DNA from: Paecilomyces variotii
Taxonomy: Eukaryota
Strand: one strand, 5' to 3'
DNA: 64,000 bases
Assembly (NCBI GenBank): GCA_004022145.1
Contig: RCNU01000015.1
A model generated the notes under the pieces. That model ran no database searches. It was not told the origin of the DNA and was given only the letters and a program-made list of their open reading frames with translations. Below, piece after piece: positions 24,850 to 36,705 of the stretch; the first letter of the stretch is position 1, and the number at the start of each line of letters is the position of its first letter. Position numbers and translations under genes: made by a program.

Positions 24850-26217
24850 TTAAGACAGCAGATCCGCGACTATGGATATGTTAGTTAAGAATGTACGGGG
24901 TAGCTGCACGTTTAATGAGGATGACTGACCATTCATAGGCATCTCATCAATCTGAGTAGAGTAGTACAACTCGATGTCTCGGAGGATTCTGACATCCTCG
25001 CTAGTGACGAAGTTGATGGCAACACCCTTCCGGCCGAATCGACCGCTTCGACCAATTCTGTGGATGTAGTTCTCACGGTTGCTGGGTAGGTCGTAGTTGA
25101 TGACAAGCGATACCTGTTGCACGTCGATACCACGGGCCCAGACGTCGGTCGAAATGAGCACTCGAGAGTTGCCCTGTCTGAAGTCCTGCATAATACTGTC
25201 ACGTTCCTTCTGCGGCATCTCTCCGTGCATGCTGGAGACAGTGAAGTTTGCCTCGCGCATCTTGTCGGTAAGCCAGTCGACCTTGCGGCGAGTGTTGCAG
25301 AAAATAACGGCTTGAGTGATCGTCAAAGTGTCGTAAAGATCACAAAGAGTATCAAACTTCCACTCCTCCTTCTCGACAGCAATGAAGTACTGCTTGAGAC
25401 CTTCGAGTGTCAACTCATCACGCTTGACCAGAATGCGCACTGGATCCGTCATGAATTTGGTCGTCATATCAAGGACGTCGTAAGGTAAAGTAGCGGAGAC
25501 AACGACAACCTGAGTTGCAGGAGGCAGGTAACGGTACACATCATAGATCTGCTCACGGAAACCACGGTTCAAGAGTTCGTCTGCCTCATCGAGGACTAGC
25601 ATCTTGATGTTGCGAGTGCGCAGGTGGCGGCGACGGATCATATCTGCAACTCTTCCGGGGGTTCCAGAGACGACATGTTGTCCATATTCAAGCTTTCGAA
25701 TATCCTCACCGACATTAGTTCCACCGATACAGGCGTGGCATTGGACGTTCATGTAGTCTCCCAAAGCCATCACGACGGACTGAATCTGGGTAGCAAGTTC
25801 GCGGGTAGGAGATAAGACGAGAGCTACAGTTTCGATAAGTATACACTATACATGCAGAGTCGCAAGATATCTCTTACCTTGAGTCTCACGGACAACGGTG
25901 TCAATGACTTGCAGGATACTAATTGAGAAAGTCGCCGTTTTACCGGTACCAGACTGTGCTTGCGCAATAGTATCGCGACCCTTGCAAATCTGAACGATTG
26001 CGCGAGACTGGACAGCGGATGGCGATTCATAACCATACGCATAGATACCGCGTAGTAGGTTCTCCTTCAAGTGCATGTCCTCGAAGGTCGGAGCAACCGT
26101 GACCTCCTTGGAGGTCGTAAACTCCATCCTATCTATACCAAATGTCAGCCTTGAACTGCAAATGGGCACGACCACCAGTAGCTTACCATCAGCCTTGCGA
26201 TCAATACCGTCCGCCAT
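24850..26217 (-). CDS. fal1: DEAD-box RNA helicase eIF4A-III / FAL1
   Basis: [35 protein letters not shown] (W typical of eIF4AIII) and [13 protein letters not shown]. Confidence 0.96.
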
Positions 26218-26473
26218 CTTGAAAGTGCTTAAGTAACGGTAAAGAGGAGGAGAAAAGATCTGTTAATGAGATAATGGTATCAAGTGAGCTGTTCGTTTCT
26301 CCAGAACTCCTCGCGACGACTTTTTGTCTGGTCCGAGCGCCACCCGCTATCGTCACGTGAGAAGCTTTCTCGGAAAAGCTGTCGCGCAGGTCGCCCGGTA
26401 AGTGGCTACTTGCGATCTCTAAGCACGAACAATCCAGTTGCGCAGCAAGATCTCAACTGGCCTATTGTTCATC
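26218..26473. promoter_or_regulatory. Probable bidirectional promoter between FAL1 and PRP9
   Basis: Divergent start codons are only 256 bp apart. The interval contains TCGCGA and a TCACGTGA E-box palindrome (~26353-26360). Confidence 0.55.
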
Positions 26474-28106
26474 ATGTTACTGGAAGATCAAAGATTCATC
26501 CACGAGGATTTGGAGAGGCTCGAGCAGGGGATCAGCGATCGCGTTTCTGAAGAACCCCGAAACGTACGTTGTTGCTTAACATCAACCTCAACATAACCTT
26601 CAAATTTGCTAACAGTTTCTGAGCAATAGATTCGGGAACGCTTGAATCGCGACCACGAAATCGCCGGCTTTTTAACGCGCATTGAGGAGCAGTCGCAAAG
26701 ACTCCTCGACATCTACAAAGATGCAGAAGGACTGAGAGAGAAAGAGATACAGGCTATCTCAACGGGTGATCCATTCGAAGAGTTCTACAAGCGTCTGGAC
26801 GAGATCAAGGACTTCCACAGACGATACCCGAACGAGCCAGTGGAAAATTTGGAACGGGCTTACAAGAGGCGGCAACCAGGAGAAGAAAATGGGTTCGGGT
26901 CTGGGGTTGAGAACATGTTCACTGGAGAAGAAGCCTTTGGTCAGTTTCTGGATCTGACTGAAAACCACGAGGAATACCTAAATTTGCCGGGCGTTAAGCG
27001 TCTTACTTATATACAATACCTCGACGTGTTCGATGCTTTTACTCCGCCGAAGCTCCCCGTCAAACGAAGCAACAAAGTGTCAGATAGGTACTTTAAGTAC
27101 GTGGGCGGCCTGGCAAGTTACTTGGAGAGTTTTATTAAGCGAGTGCGCCCCCTTCAGGACCTCGACAAGCTTTTTGCCAGCTTTGATGAGGAGTTTGACA
27201 AGCAATGGAATGCCAACGAGATTCCTGGTTGGGGCGAAGAGAAGCCAGCGGATGGCGCCCAGGGACCGAAGACCGAAGGCACTGGAGAAGGAATATGGTG
27301 CGCAGATTGCGAAAAGGAGTTTAAGAACGAGAACGTCTACAGAAATCACCTCACTGGCAAGAAACACATTCGAGCAGCAGAGGCTCGAAAGTCTCAAGGA
27401 CCCGGCGACGCAAAGGTTGTCTCTAGTGGTGTTGTAAACTCTGCCGCGCAGAGATTGAAAGAGAGGGCAATTGCGGAGCGTGAGCACCGTATCCGGTCCT
27501 TGGCCCAGGCTCTCGACTCGGAGCGACAAGCGACACGAGTCAATGTGGAGCGGAAGCAAGGTATGACCGAGCGTGAGCGCCAGATGGAACTCGAAGCTTT
27601 GTTCGCAGAGTCGGAGCAAACTGGGCGTCGAGAAGACGAGTCAGACGAGGAAGCTGATGAGAAGATTTATAACCCCCTGAAGTTACCGCTGGCTTGGGAT
27701 GGCAAACCCATTCCTTACTGGCTCTATAAGCTCCATGGTCTTGGGGTCGAGTTTCCCTGCGAGATTTGTGGAAATTTCGTATACATGGGTCGACGTGCCT
27801 TCGACAAGCATTTCTCAGAAGCTCGACACATCTATGGGCTCAAATGTCTTGGAATCACATCGCAGACCAATCTTTTCCGCGAGATTACTAGGATCGAAGA
27901 TGCTATTCAGTTGTGGGAGAAGCTAGAACAGAATCGAAAGAAAGAAAGAGACTCCCGTGAGAATGTGGTACAAATGGAAGATGCTGAAGGCAATGTCATG
28001 CCTGAAAGAATCTATCTTGAGTATGTTGTCCTCTTTCTTACCTTATATCTTTTGCCACGTGTCATGCTAACTAGATTGCAGTCTTCAGAAGCAAGGTATT
28101 CTTTGA
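26474..28106 (+). CDS. prp9: Splicing factor 3a subunit 3 (PRP9/SF3a60), 3 exons
   Basis: MLLEDQRFIHEDLERLE, FTGEEAFGQFLDL, NPLKLPLAWDGKPIPYWLYKLHGLGVEFPCEICGN..YMGRRAFDKHFSEARH; ends DLQKQGIL*. Confidence 0.95.
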
Positions 28107-28670
28107 GAGACGACTCCCTCTCCGCTTTCAACCGTGTAAGCTGTGTTTACTGTTGGCGGATATGGATCTTAGGCACTGGGACGGAGTTTGGCGATCATGG
28201 TCTTTGGACAAGGTGGCGCTTGTCATGCTGCGCACTGAAAGCATGTTACGATTGCGACCAACGCAGTCGCCTTTTCAGTAATGTATTCTATCTACTTACA
28301 TGAATGCAGAAATGCTGCTATCCCGAAATTAGACAGCTACAAAAATGATCTAGACCGGCGTGAATATTGATATTACCGCTATATAAGTGTAAATGAGCGC
28401 ACGTGACCAGGCGTTCCATGGACGCGTCTCCGTCTGGCCCTAATAAAGTCTCGCGTCTGCCGTGTCCCGCACCATTCTCCTGGAAACCCTCACTGTTAAC
28501 AGAAAATATCAAGTGTCCAAGGCCTTCCTAAGTTCTCTTAGTGTCTATATATATATCTTGTTCCAGCCTTGGGTGTTGTGTGCACCTCATTTGAATCAAC
28601 ATATTGTATTCGTCAGGTCACGCAGCTAGAACAGCCGCAGAGCATACATTGGTCGTGCCGAGAGCATGGA

Positions 28671-31600
28671 ATGGGATTCAAATTCTCTTTCTTGTGCGAC
28701 TTACTCTCCGACCTCGAAGCTAACAGGATAGTGAAGGCGTCCACTGCAGCACGAAGCAGAGACCCCGATATTTCGACTATAGATTCCTGGTTCAAGCTTC
28801 ACCGTAGACAGATCGCTGAGAAGGACACGGATCTTTTGGCCCTCCTTTCCTGTTTCTTTCCAGAGAAACGAACGGACAGAGTCTACTGGCTCCAAGATGC
28901 CTCGCTGGCGAGAGTCATTGCTCGATGCCTTCTATTAGGTGTCTCGAGAAAAGAAGAGCTCGACAGCTGGAGAGCCAGCGGAGGCAGTGACCTCGGCCAA
29001 TGTGTTGAGAACGTGATGCGGCAAGCTGAAAATTATGTCCCAAATGGCCGGGAACTCACACTGGAAGAAATCGATGCTGCTATGGACAAGCTTGCCTCCA
29101 GATGTCGGTTTTCTGGGCCCCGACTACGCAGACAGCACACAGCAGTCGACGTTGAGGACACACTTGGACCCCTCTATCGGAGGGTGAGCAGTAGGGATGC
29201 AAAATGGCTTACTCGCCTGATACTTAAGTCTTATTGTCCGGTCATGTTACCTGGAAAATTCATCCTGCATAAGATCCATTTCCTCCTGCCTCACCTCCTT
29301 CTCCTACAGGATTCGTTCGAAGCCGCTGCGGGTATGCTAAGCACCAGTCCACTCAATTGCTTCCAGCCATGCCCAGAACCTGGAGTCGCTAGGTTACTGT
29401 GTGAAAACGCAATCCAGTATCTAATTCCACGGATCGGGATCAAGGTTGGCCGGCCTGACTTTTATAAAGCAAGAAGCATCAAACACTGTTGCCAGATGGT
29501 CGGCCGACGAAGAATGAGCGTCGAGCGAAAATACGATGGAGAGTATTGCCAAATCCATGTTGATCTTTCCCAGCAGCCAGACTGCATACAAATATTTTCT
29601 AAGAGTGGCAAGGACTCGACGATTGACCGAATTGGTATTCATAACGTGATCAAGCAATGTTTACGGATGGGACAGCGCGATTGCATTTTCTCGCGGCGAT
29701 GCATTCTAGAAGGAGAATTACTTGTCTGGAGTGACAGGGAAGAAAAAATATTGGAGTTTCATAAACTAAGAAAACACATAACACGTTCTGGAGCGTTTAT
29801 TGGAACGGATAGCGATTCACAGTGAGTCGTGCTTCGCCGCAAGACGTTTGAGTCCCGATTAACCGATTTAGGCCACGACCTTACGAACACTTAATGATCA
29901 TGTTTTACGATGTCCTATTATATGACAATGATATCTGTCTGGCGTGGCCCCATCGGGAACGGAGACTTCTTCTTAAGAAGCTTATTGCACAGATACCAGG
30001 CCGGGCCGGAATTGCAGAGCAGGAAGTCATAGACTTCTCTCGTAGCGACAGCAAAAGCTGCCTTGAAAGGACCTTCGCTCGAGGGATAGCGCAGCGATGG
30101 GAGGGTTTTGTGCTCAAATGTTGCGACGAGCCCTACTTTCCGATACTTGCAACAGACATGGACCAGACGTTTGGACGCTGGATTAAACTCAAGAAAGACT
30201 ATATACCAGGACTTGGTGACACCGTTGATCTTGTGCTTATCGGTGGGGGGTACAATTCCCGAGATGCTAGTGCTCTGAAGGGCATTCAAGGTTTACTATG
30301 GACTCATTTCCATGTCGGATGTCTTGAAAATAAGAATGCCGTCTCTCAATTTAACGCACTCCCTAAGTTCAGGATCGTTGATGTGATCGATCATCACTCC
30401 TTGAGTCAAAAGTTTATGCATCTTCTGAATTCTATCGGCCGATTTCGTGCTTGCGAACCGGACTCGAATTCTGCATTTATTGTGCAAAAAGGCCGTACAG
30501 ACCTGCCCGACATGGATGCCGCCTTTAAGGTCCCGTTTGTAGTGGAATTGCTGGGAAGTGGGTTTGATAAGCCCTCGAATGCTTCATATTTCACGCTTCG
30601 CTTTCCACGGGTCCTAAAGATTCACGTTGATAGGGCCTTTGAGGAGACGGTTTCTTTTGCAGAGCTACAGGAGCTGGCAGAAAAGGCCCGCTCTGTCCCA
30701 ACTGATGAGCTATTGCAGGAGACGGCCACCTGGAGGAAACGGGTGGAGCATAAAGATAACAGGTCAGAGTACATAGTTGACAGGTCTCAGGATACGACTG
30801 TGTCACGCTGCTCAACGCCTTCCGCGGCTTCTATCTCACCATCTTCCGTCTCACCGTCTTCCAGGCAGGTATTGAGCACTAGTCCAAGCTTCCCCCGCCA
30901 TTCATTAGTTACACACAGCCCAGGCACTAGTCCTCTGTGTCAAAAGATACAAACAACATGGGAGCGCTCACGCGCGCGGCCTGTTATAAAGCGCCGTCTT
31001 TCCAGTGCTTTCCAAGATGTTTCTGAAGAGGGTCATCAGCGGAAGAACCAAAAAATATCTCATGCCTCCGAACAGGATATCGTCATTTTCACAGACAATA
31101 GTCAAGTCTCTCTACAGGCCCAGCAGACAACTCCTCTATCAAGTTGCGCTTTGACTTCCCTTGATAACATACAGCCACGGAAGGACAGTGCAGATTTAGG
31201 GAGCCGTGGTTCAATCATGATGGCATCGGTTCAGGATGAGAATTCAGTTTCACAGCGGGCTACTTCACATCAACTTCATGACAAGACGGAAGTAATCGAA
31301 CGGAATAGATCCACTGTCGTACAGGAAACAGGAACAGTCAGTGTCCCACAGAATCCTGATAAAGCGATTCCCGTCAAGATTTGCCTCAGATCACCGCTCA
31401 CTACGATTCCTATTTATATTGGTCGATCCCTCTCTTCAAACTTAGATGGGAGGAACCATATACCAGAAACACGAGAATGCCGAGTCACCTCCGATGCGTG
31501 CCACTTCATTGACGAACTAGTCAATACGAAGACCCGACAAGCTTTGACTAGATCGAACCCTGCTGCAGCTTCTGCGAATGTTGCGCTAGGGGTCGTTTTT

Positions 31601-32071
31601 GTCGACATCAACCGCCGGAAAAGGCTTCTTGATGAGATATCGACTATAAGCACCGAGCTTGCGACCCGCATATCGACCACCCAGCAGGAGGTACCTTCCA
31701 AAGGTCATCTCTTTGTGCTAGATTGGCGACTTCTGAAAGACAGAACAGACATCGAATCCAGCAGATTTTGTCTCAGACAGACATGGAAACAAATAGCTAT
31801 GGATCACTTCCATTCATGCATCACATGGGACCACAATCTCAGCCCAGGGAATGTAGATAGACTCCAGGTTGAAGCACAGGGCCCGGCGGAACCGAGATAC
31901 TCATTGGCCGGGCAAACAGGCATGGCTCCCGGAGGCGATAACAAGGTTAGCACTACTATCCACATGGCGTGGGATTGCACTATGCTACAAGGTCTCGGGG
32001 AGTTCCTCTCCATTGAGCCTCTAGTCCATGTAAATGGTGACCTCTATGTGGACACCAAGGCCTCTGTCTGA
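28671..32071 (+). CDS. ATP-dependent DNA ligase family protein (ligase IV-like core, long Ser-rich linker, no recognisable BRCT pair), intron ~29823-29871
   Basis: Motif I ERKYDGEYCQIH, IFSKSG, ILEGEL, motif IV EGFVLK, WIKLKKDY..GLGDTVDLVLIGG and motif VI TLRFPRVLKIH.DR. Confidence 0.88.
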
Positions 32072-32474
32072 GACCTTAAATTGCAAAGTCGTCCAGCAGT
32101 GTCCATCATTGCTTTTCCACCAGAAAGCATCCATATACCCCTCCATTGTGCCTTTATCCACGTACCCTTTCATCCATTTGTTATACCCATTACCAAACTC
32201 TTCCAGATTTGGTTCTTCAATTGGTTCCTGAGCTTTGTATTTGCATACAAAATGCGCCATGCTTTCTCCAGAGCTTCTACTTTTCTTAAAAGTAAGAGGA
32301 CTGTTCAGCATATGAGCGAATGATGTGGTGTATACATTTTACACCGTTGGAAAGGTCTTAGCACATCTGAGAATATCCTATTTGAACCGCTTATTGAAAC
32401 CCTAGCGAGTAAAACGCCCTTGACCATATGCCCAGGATATCATACAATGAAAGTAGTGCCAGTGCATTCTGTCC

Positions 32475-34652
32475 TTAACCCCCTCCTTCACGCCTTGCTC
32501 TGACATCTCTCATTAAGGCTTTTGCTTCCTCGACCTCTACTCCGTCCTGACATAATTCTCCGGCCAACTGATCGGCGCGGTCGAGGTCGCCGTGTCTGAG
32601 TGCCCAGCGCGCGAGCCACAGTCGAGCTTTGGAAGTCGTAGCCGTAACGCCAGTGCCACCAACAGCTTCATTTTCCTCGTCTTCGTCGTCGTAGAGCTTT
32701 CCGCGACGGCGACGGCTGCGCCCAGTTTCATCTCCCGATTCAGTTTCCGCGTCGGAGTCGTCATCAGCATCCTGATGGATGACTTCACCGCTCTCTTGCT
32801 GCAGCGTGAGCTCCATGTATGCAGCAGCTTCTTCCTCGTCCTCTAGGCGTTCGTAGAGGGTTGCGATCTGATATAGGGTTTCTGGATCCAGGATCTTTCG
32901 ACCCGGTCCGCCTTGTGAGTCACCTGGTTCATAGTACGAGCCGGCGACGAGAGCGCGTTTAAGTGCTTTTATGCTCTGCTCGACACGGCCCATCTTGGCG
33001 TAGCATGATCCCACCGCCTGCCACATCTTAGGATCGTATGGTCGGAGAGCTGCAGCGCGTTGGTAGTAGAAGAGAGCGTAGAAAGACATATCCAGGACTT
33101 CATATGCCTGGCCCAGACCATACCAAGCGCGGTAGTCCTTGCGATTGACATCCACAGCGCGGCGGTATGACTCGATGGCGGCGTGGGTGTTCTTCATTTC
33201 GATGTATTCGTGGCCCATAAGCGTCCACGCTGACAAGAAGTTGCGGTCTAAGGTTAGGGCACGACGGAAATACATGACCGCTTTCTCGTGTTCAGATTTA
33301 AGGGAATAGTAGTTGCCCACAACGCAGCATGTCTCTGGACGGAACTTGTCCGTTGCGGTTGCGAGTTGAGCAATGAAAGCAAGCTGTGGTCGAGCTCCCA
33401 TAACGTAAAGGATATTCGAATAGTGATCTAGACTGTCAAGACGATGGGGTTCTGCTATGAGAATGTCGGAAAATAGGTGTGATGCTTCCTCGAAGTCTGC
33501 TTCGAATAAGCGCAGGAATTTGAATGTAAGCGAACAGACGTACCTTTAGAGTGATAATAAAGGAGAGCTCTTTGAGTCTTTAGAAACGAGCTGTTGGGGA
33601 AAATAGATTCGAGTTCTGTTAATGTCTGGTGAGTGTCTTCCGTTGCTTGATACAGCTCTTGGCTGCAGTAGCAGTGGAATATGAGGGTCATGATATTTTG
33701 CGGCAGCAGATCAGCTACCTGCCTGAGCTGTTGGACAGTTAGCACCCAGATAGGCATGAAAGTATCCAAGAAACATACATCTTCCGTCTTGGACAGCAAA
33801 TCATTCAATTCCTGCCAGGCTCCCCAGTGGAAAGGATATAGATGAACACTGCGTATCAACCATTTTTTGGCCTCCTCTTCGTTTTTGCCTTTCAATAAAA
33901 TGACGCCGTAGAGGTATTCCAGCCACCCTTGGCCACGGTCTTCCAAACCCCCTTCCCTTCTTTCTGCAAACCACCCCTCCAGACCCCTAGCGAGCTCTGG
34001 CAGTTCACGGTTGACAGTCATGCCGCCATCTGCGGGCCCTAGTACCATTTCCGTCTCTTCATCTTTGCGCTTTTCTCCTGCGAGGTATTTCGCGTACAAG
34101 GCGAGGAACAGCGACTTTTGACTCAAGCGGGGATACGGATTCCTGGTGTTGGTATTTGCCTTCAGACCAGCAAACGGAGACGCCTTTGTCTTCCCTTTCT
34201 GCGGTGTCAGGGACGTTCGCGATTTCGTGTTTGGAGAGACAGATGAGAGAGGTACAGTAGGTATCGTCGGAGGAAGGAAGACGGCCGCGCAGCGGTCGTA
34301 TTCACGAGTGTCAAAGTAGGACTTTGCGAGAAGGTATTTATGTGCTTCCTGAGCTTCGAGTGTAGCTTCTAGAGGATCTTGGTTGCGAAGAAATGGGTTA
34401 CTGGGAGCTGTGGGAGGCTCCGCAAGGTCCATGGGCGAATCGGGGTCAGTCTCGGAATCGTCGACGGGTAATAGAGAATCTAGCATCTCAGCAGCCCTAG
34501 AATATGCCATCAATATTGCACAGCCGCTCAAGAACCGTGACATATTACCATTTGGCTGACTGATACAAGCAGCGCTCCGAACACTTGATGGCCGCATCCT
34601 CCAGGCGATGCCGTAGATCCCTGATGTTATCCTCCGTAAAGGTGACTGCCAT
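32475..34652 (-). CDS. cdc23: Anaphase-promoting complex subunit CDC23/APC8 (TPR)
   Basis: [67 protein letters not shown] and [15 protein letters not shown]. Confidence 0.95.
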
Positions 34653-35315
34653 AATCGTTTCTGAGAACCAAACTGGCTCTCTTACCCAGGATACACGCGA
34701 ATCGGTCTGTGGGACTTTCTTTCTCTGATGACCGGACGGACTGGACTGGTCGTCAATCGGAGCTGTCGACTGTCGAACTTAGGACTCAGCAATTGGGGAA
34801 TCCAGGCTGGAACAATTCGTCAACATCCTAGGCTCAAAAATAAGCAATATGTCAGTGATCGTAATTGTATATGGTGCGAGCTTCTTATTCGCAGGAAACA
34901 GGATCTAGATTGCGTTAATATCCAGTCCACGCGTGTCTCCGGAGCCATGCAGTTGGACGCGACAGCAGAATACTTAGAAAGCAGTCACGGGGTGAGCGTC
35001 AGTCGACATACCAGCCATATCAATTATCCACAGTCAATTGAGCCCCGGAAGCACTTTTAGAACAATAAATGGAGAAGCGTCAAGAGACCGTCGGCTTCGC
35101 AGTAACTGCTCACCTAGATACTGTGAAGCGCGAACCAAATCCGCGGGCAAACAAAGCAAACACTCGACGCGGGGTTATCGACTTGGTGTAACTAGAGAAT
35201 CTTACTTAGAATTGTGCTGCCTCGCCCCCTTTTCTGTCCGTCATTAACCGTCATCAACGGAGGTTTACTTCTCTTTTCCATTCTTCCCAGCCCGGTTCGA
35301 CTGTGCTTCTCAAAT

Positions 35316-36426
35316 ATGGCGACTACCGTCAAGCGTGCGGACTTCGAGGCGGTCTTCCCCTCGTTGGTGGAGGACCTCAAGGAGGCTGCGAAGAAGTACA
35401 ATGTGCCGGAGAACGCTCTCCAGTGGTTTGAGAAGGTTAGCTAGTAGTTCAGTTGCTTTCTATGTCAACTGTTTATGCTAACGAGATATCTTAATTGCGC
35501 AGTCCCTCAATGTCAACACTCCTGGCGGCAAGCTGAACCGTGGTCTCTCCGTTCCGGATACCGGCCTGGCTCTTCTCAAGAAGCCCCTGACAGACGAGCA
35601 GTTCAAGCACCTCAGCATGCTGGGCTGGCTCACGGAGCTTCTGCAGGCCTTCTTCCTCGTTAGTGACGACATCATGGACAGCTCCATCACTCGACGTGGC
35701 CAGCCCTGTTGGTACCGCCAGGAGGGCGTGGGCATGATCGCAATCAACGACGCTTTCATGCTGGAATCCGGTATCTACATCATTCTCAAGAAACATTTCC
35801 GTTCGCACCCCGCGTACGTCGATCTTGTGGAGCTCTTCCATGAGACCACCTGGCAGACCGAGCTGGGTCAGCTGTGCGACCTGATCACCGCCCCAGAGGA
35901 CAATGTCAACCTGGACAACTTCTCCATGGAGAAGTACATGTTCATCGTGACCTACAAGACTGCTTATTACAGCTTCTACCTTCCCGTGGCCCTGGCTTTG
36001 CACTACCTCCAACTTGCGACGGAGGAGAACCTCCGCCAGGCTCACGATATCCTCATCCCTCTTGGCCAGTATTTCCAGATCCAGGACGACTACCTGGATG
36101 CCTTCGGTGACCCAGCAGTCATTGGAAAGATCGGTACTGATATTCAGGATAACAAGTGCTCGTGGCTGATCAATCAGGCACTGCAGAGAGCCACACCCGA
36201 GCAGCGCAAGACGCTCGACGCCGCCTACGGTCGCAAGGACCGTGAGCTCGAAGCCAAAGTCAAGACCATCTTCAATGAGCTGCAGCTGGAGCAGGTGTAC
36301 AAGGACTATGAGGAGAAGACTGTTGGCGACCTGCGGGCCAAGATCGCCGCCGTGGACGAGACTCAAGGCCTCAAGAAGGAAGTTTTTGAGGCATTCCTCG
36401 CCAAGATCTACAAGCGCAGCAAGTAA
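35316..36426 (+). CDS. erg20: Farnesyl diphosphate synthase, 2 exons
   Basis: [64 protein letters not shown]; ends KIYKRSK. Confidence 0.97.
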
Positions 36427-36705
36427 GCGGTTGCTGTCAATGCTTGCTAAATTATACATTCTGCCTGGCATCAATTTATCTTCTATGTTTGATATTTCAC
36501 TTTTCAGAAAGATATCCCTGCCGGCAAAGCATTCCATTCTCTGTGAGATATTCCCCATACAGTTGTTGTTCGTCCAGGCGTGAAAATAGCATGACGCAGG
36601 AAACGGCATATGCATAGAAAAGTGCCGCGGAAATTCATCACAGAATCCATATTTTAATATTTTACTCGCATCCTTTTACCCGGTTGCGTACACCAATATC
36701 TTTAT

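Noticed and set aside
28022-28303. Apparent C-terminal extensions of PRP9 (to 28303) and VMA1 (to 57086) in the ORF track
   Set aside because: These are read-through into introns. Spliced last exons give conserved ends at 28106 and 56808.
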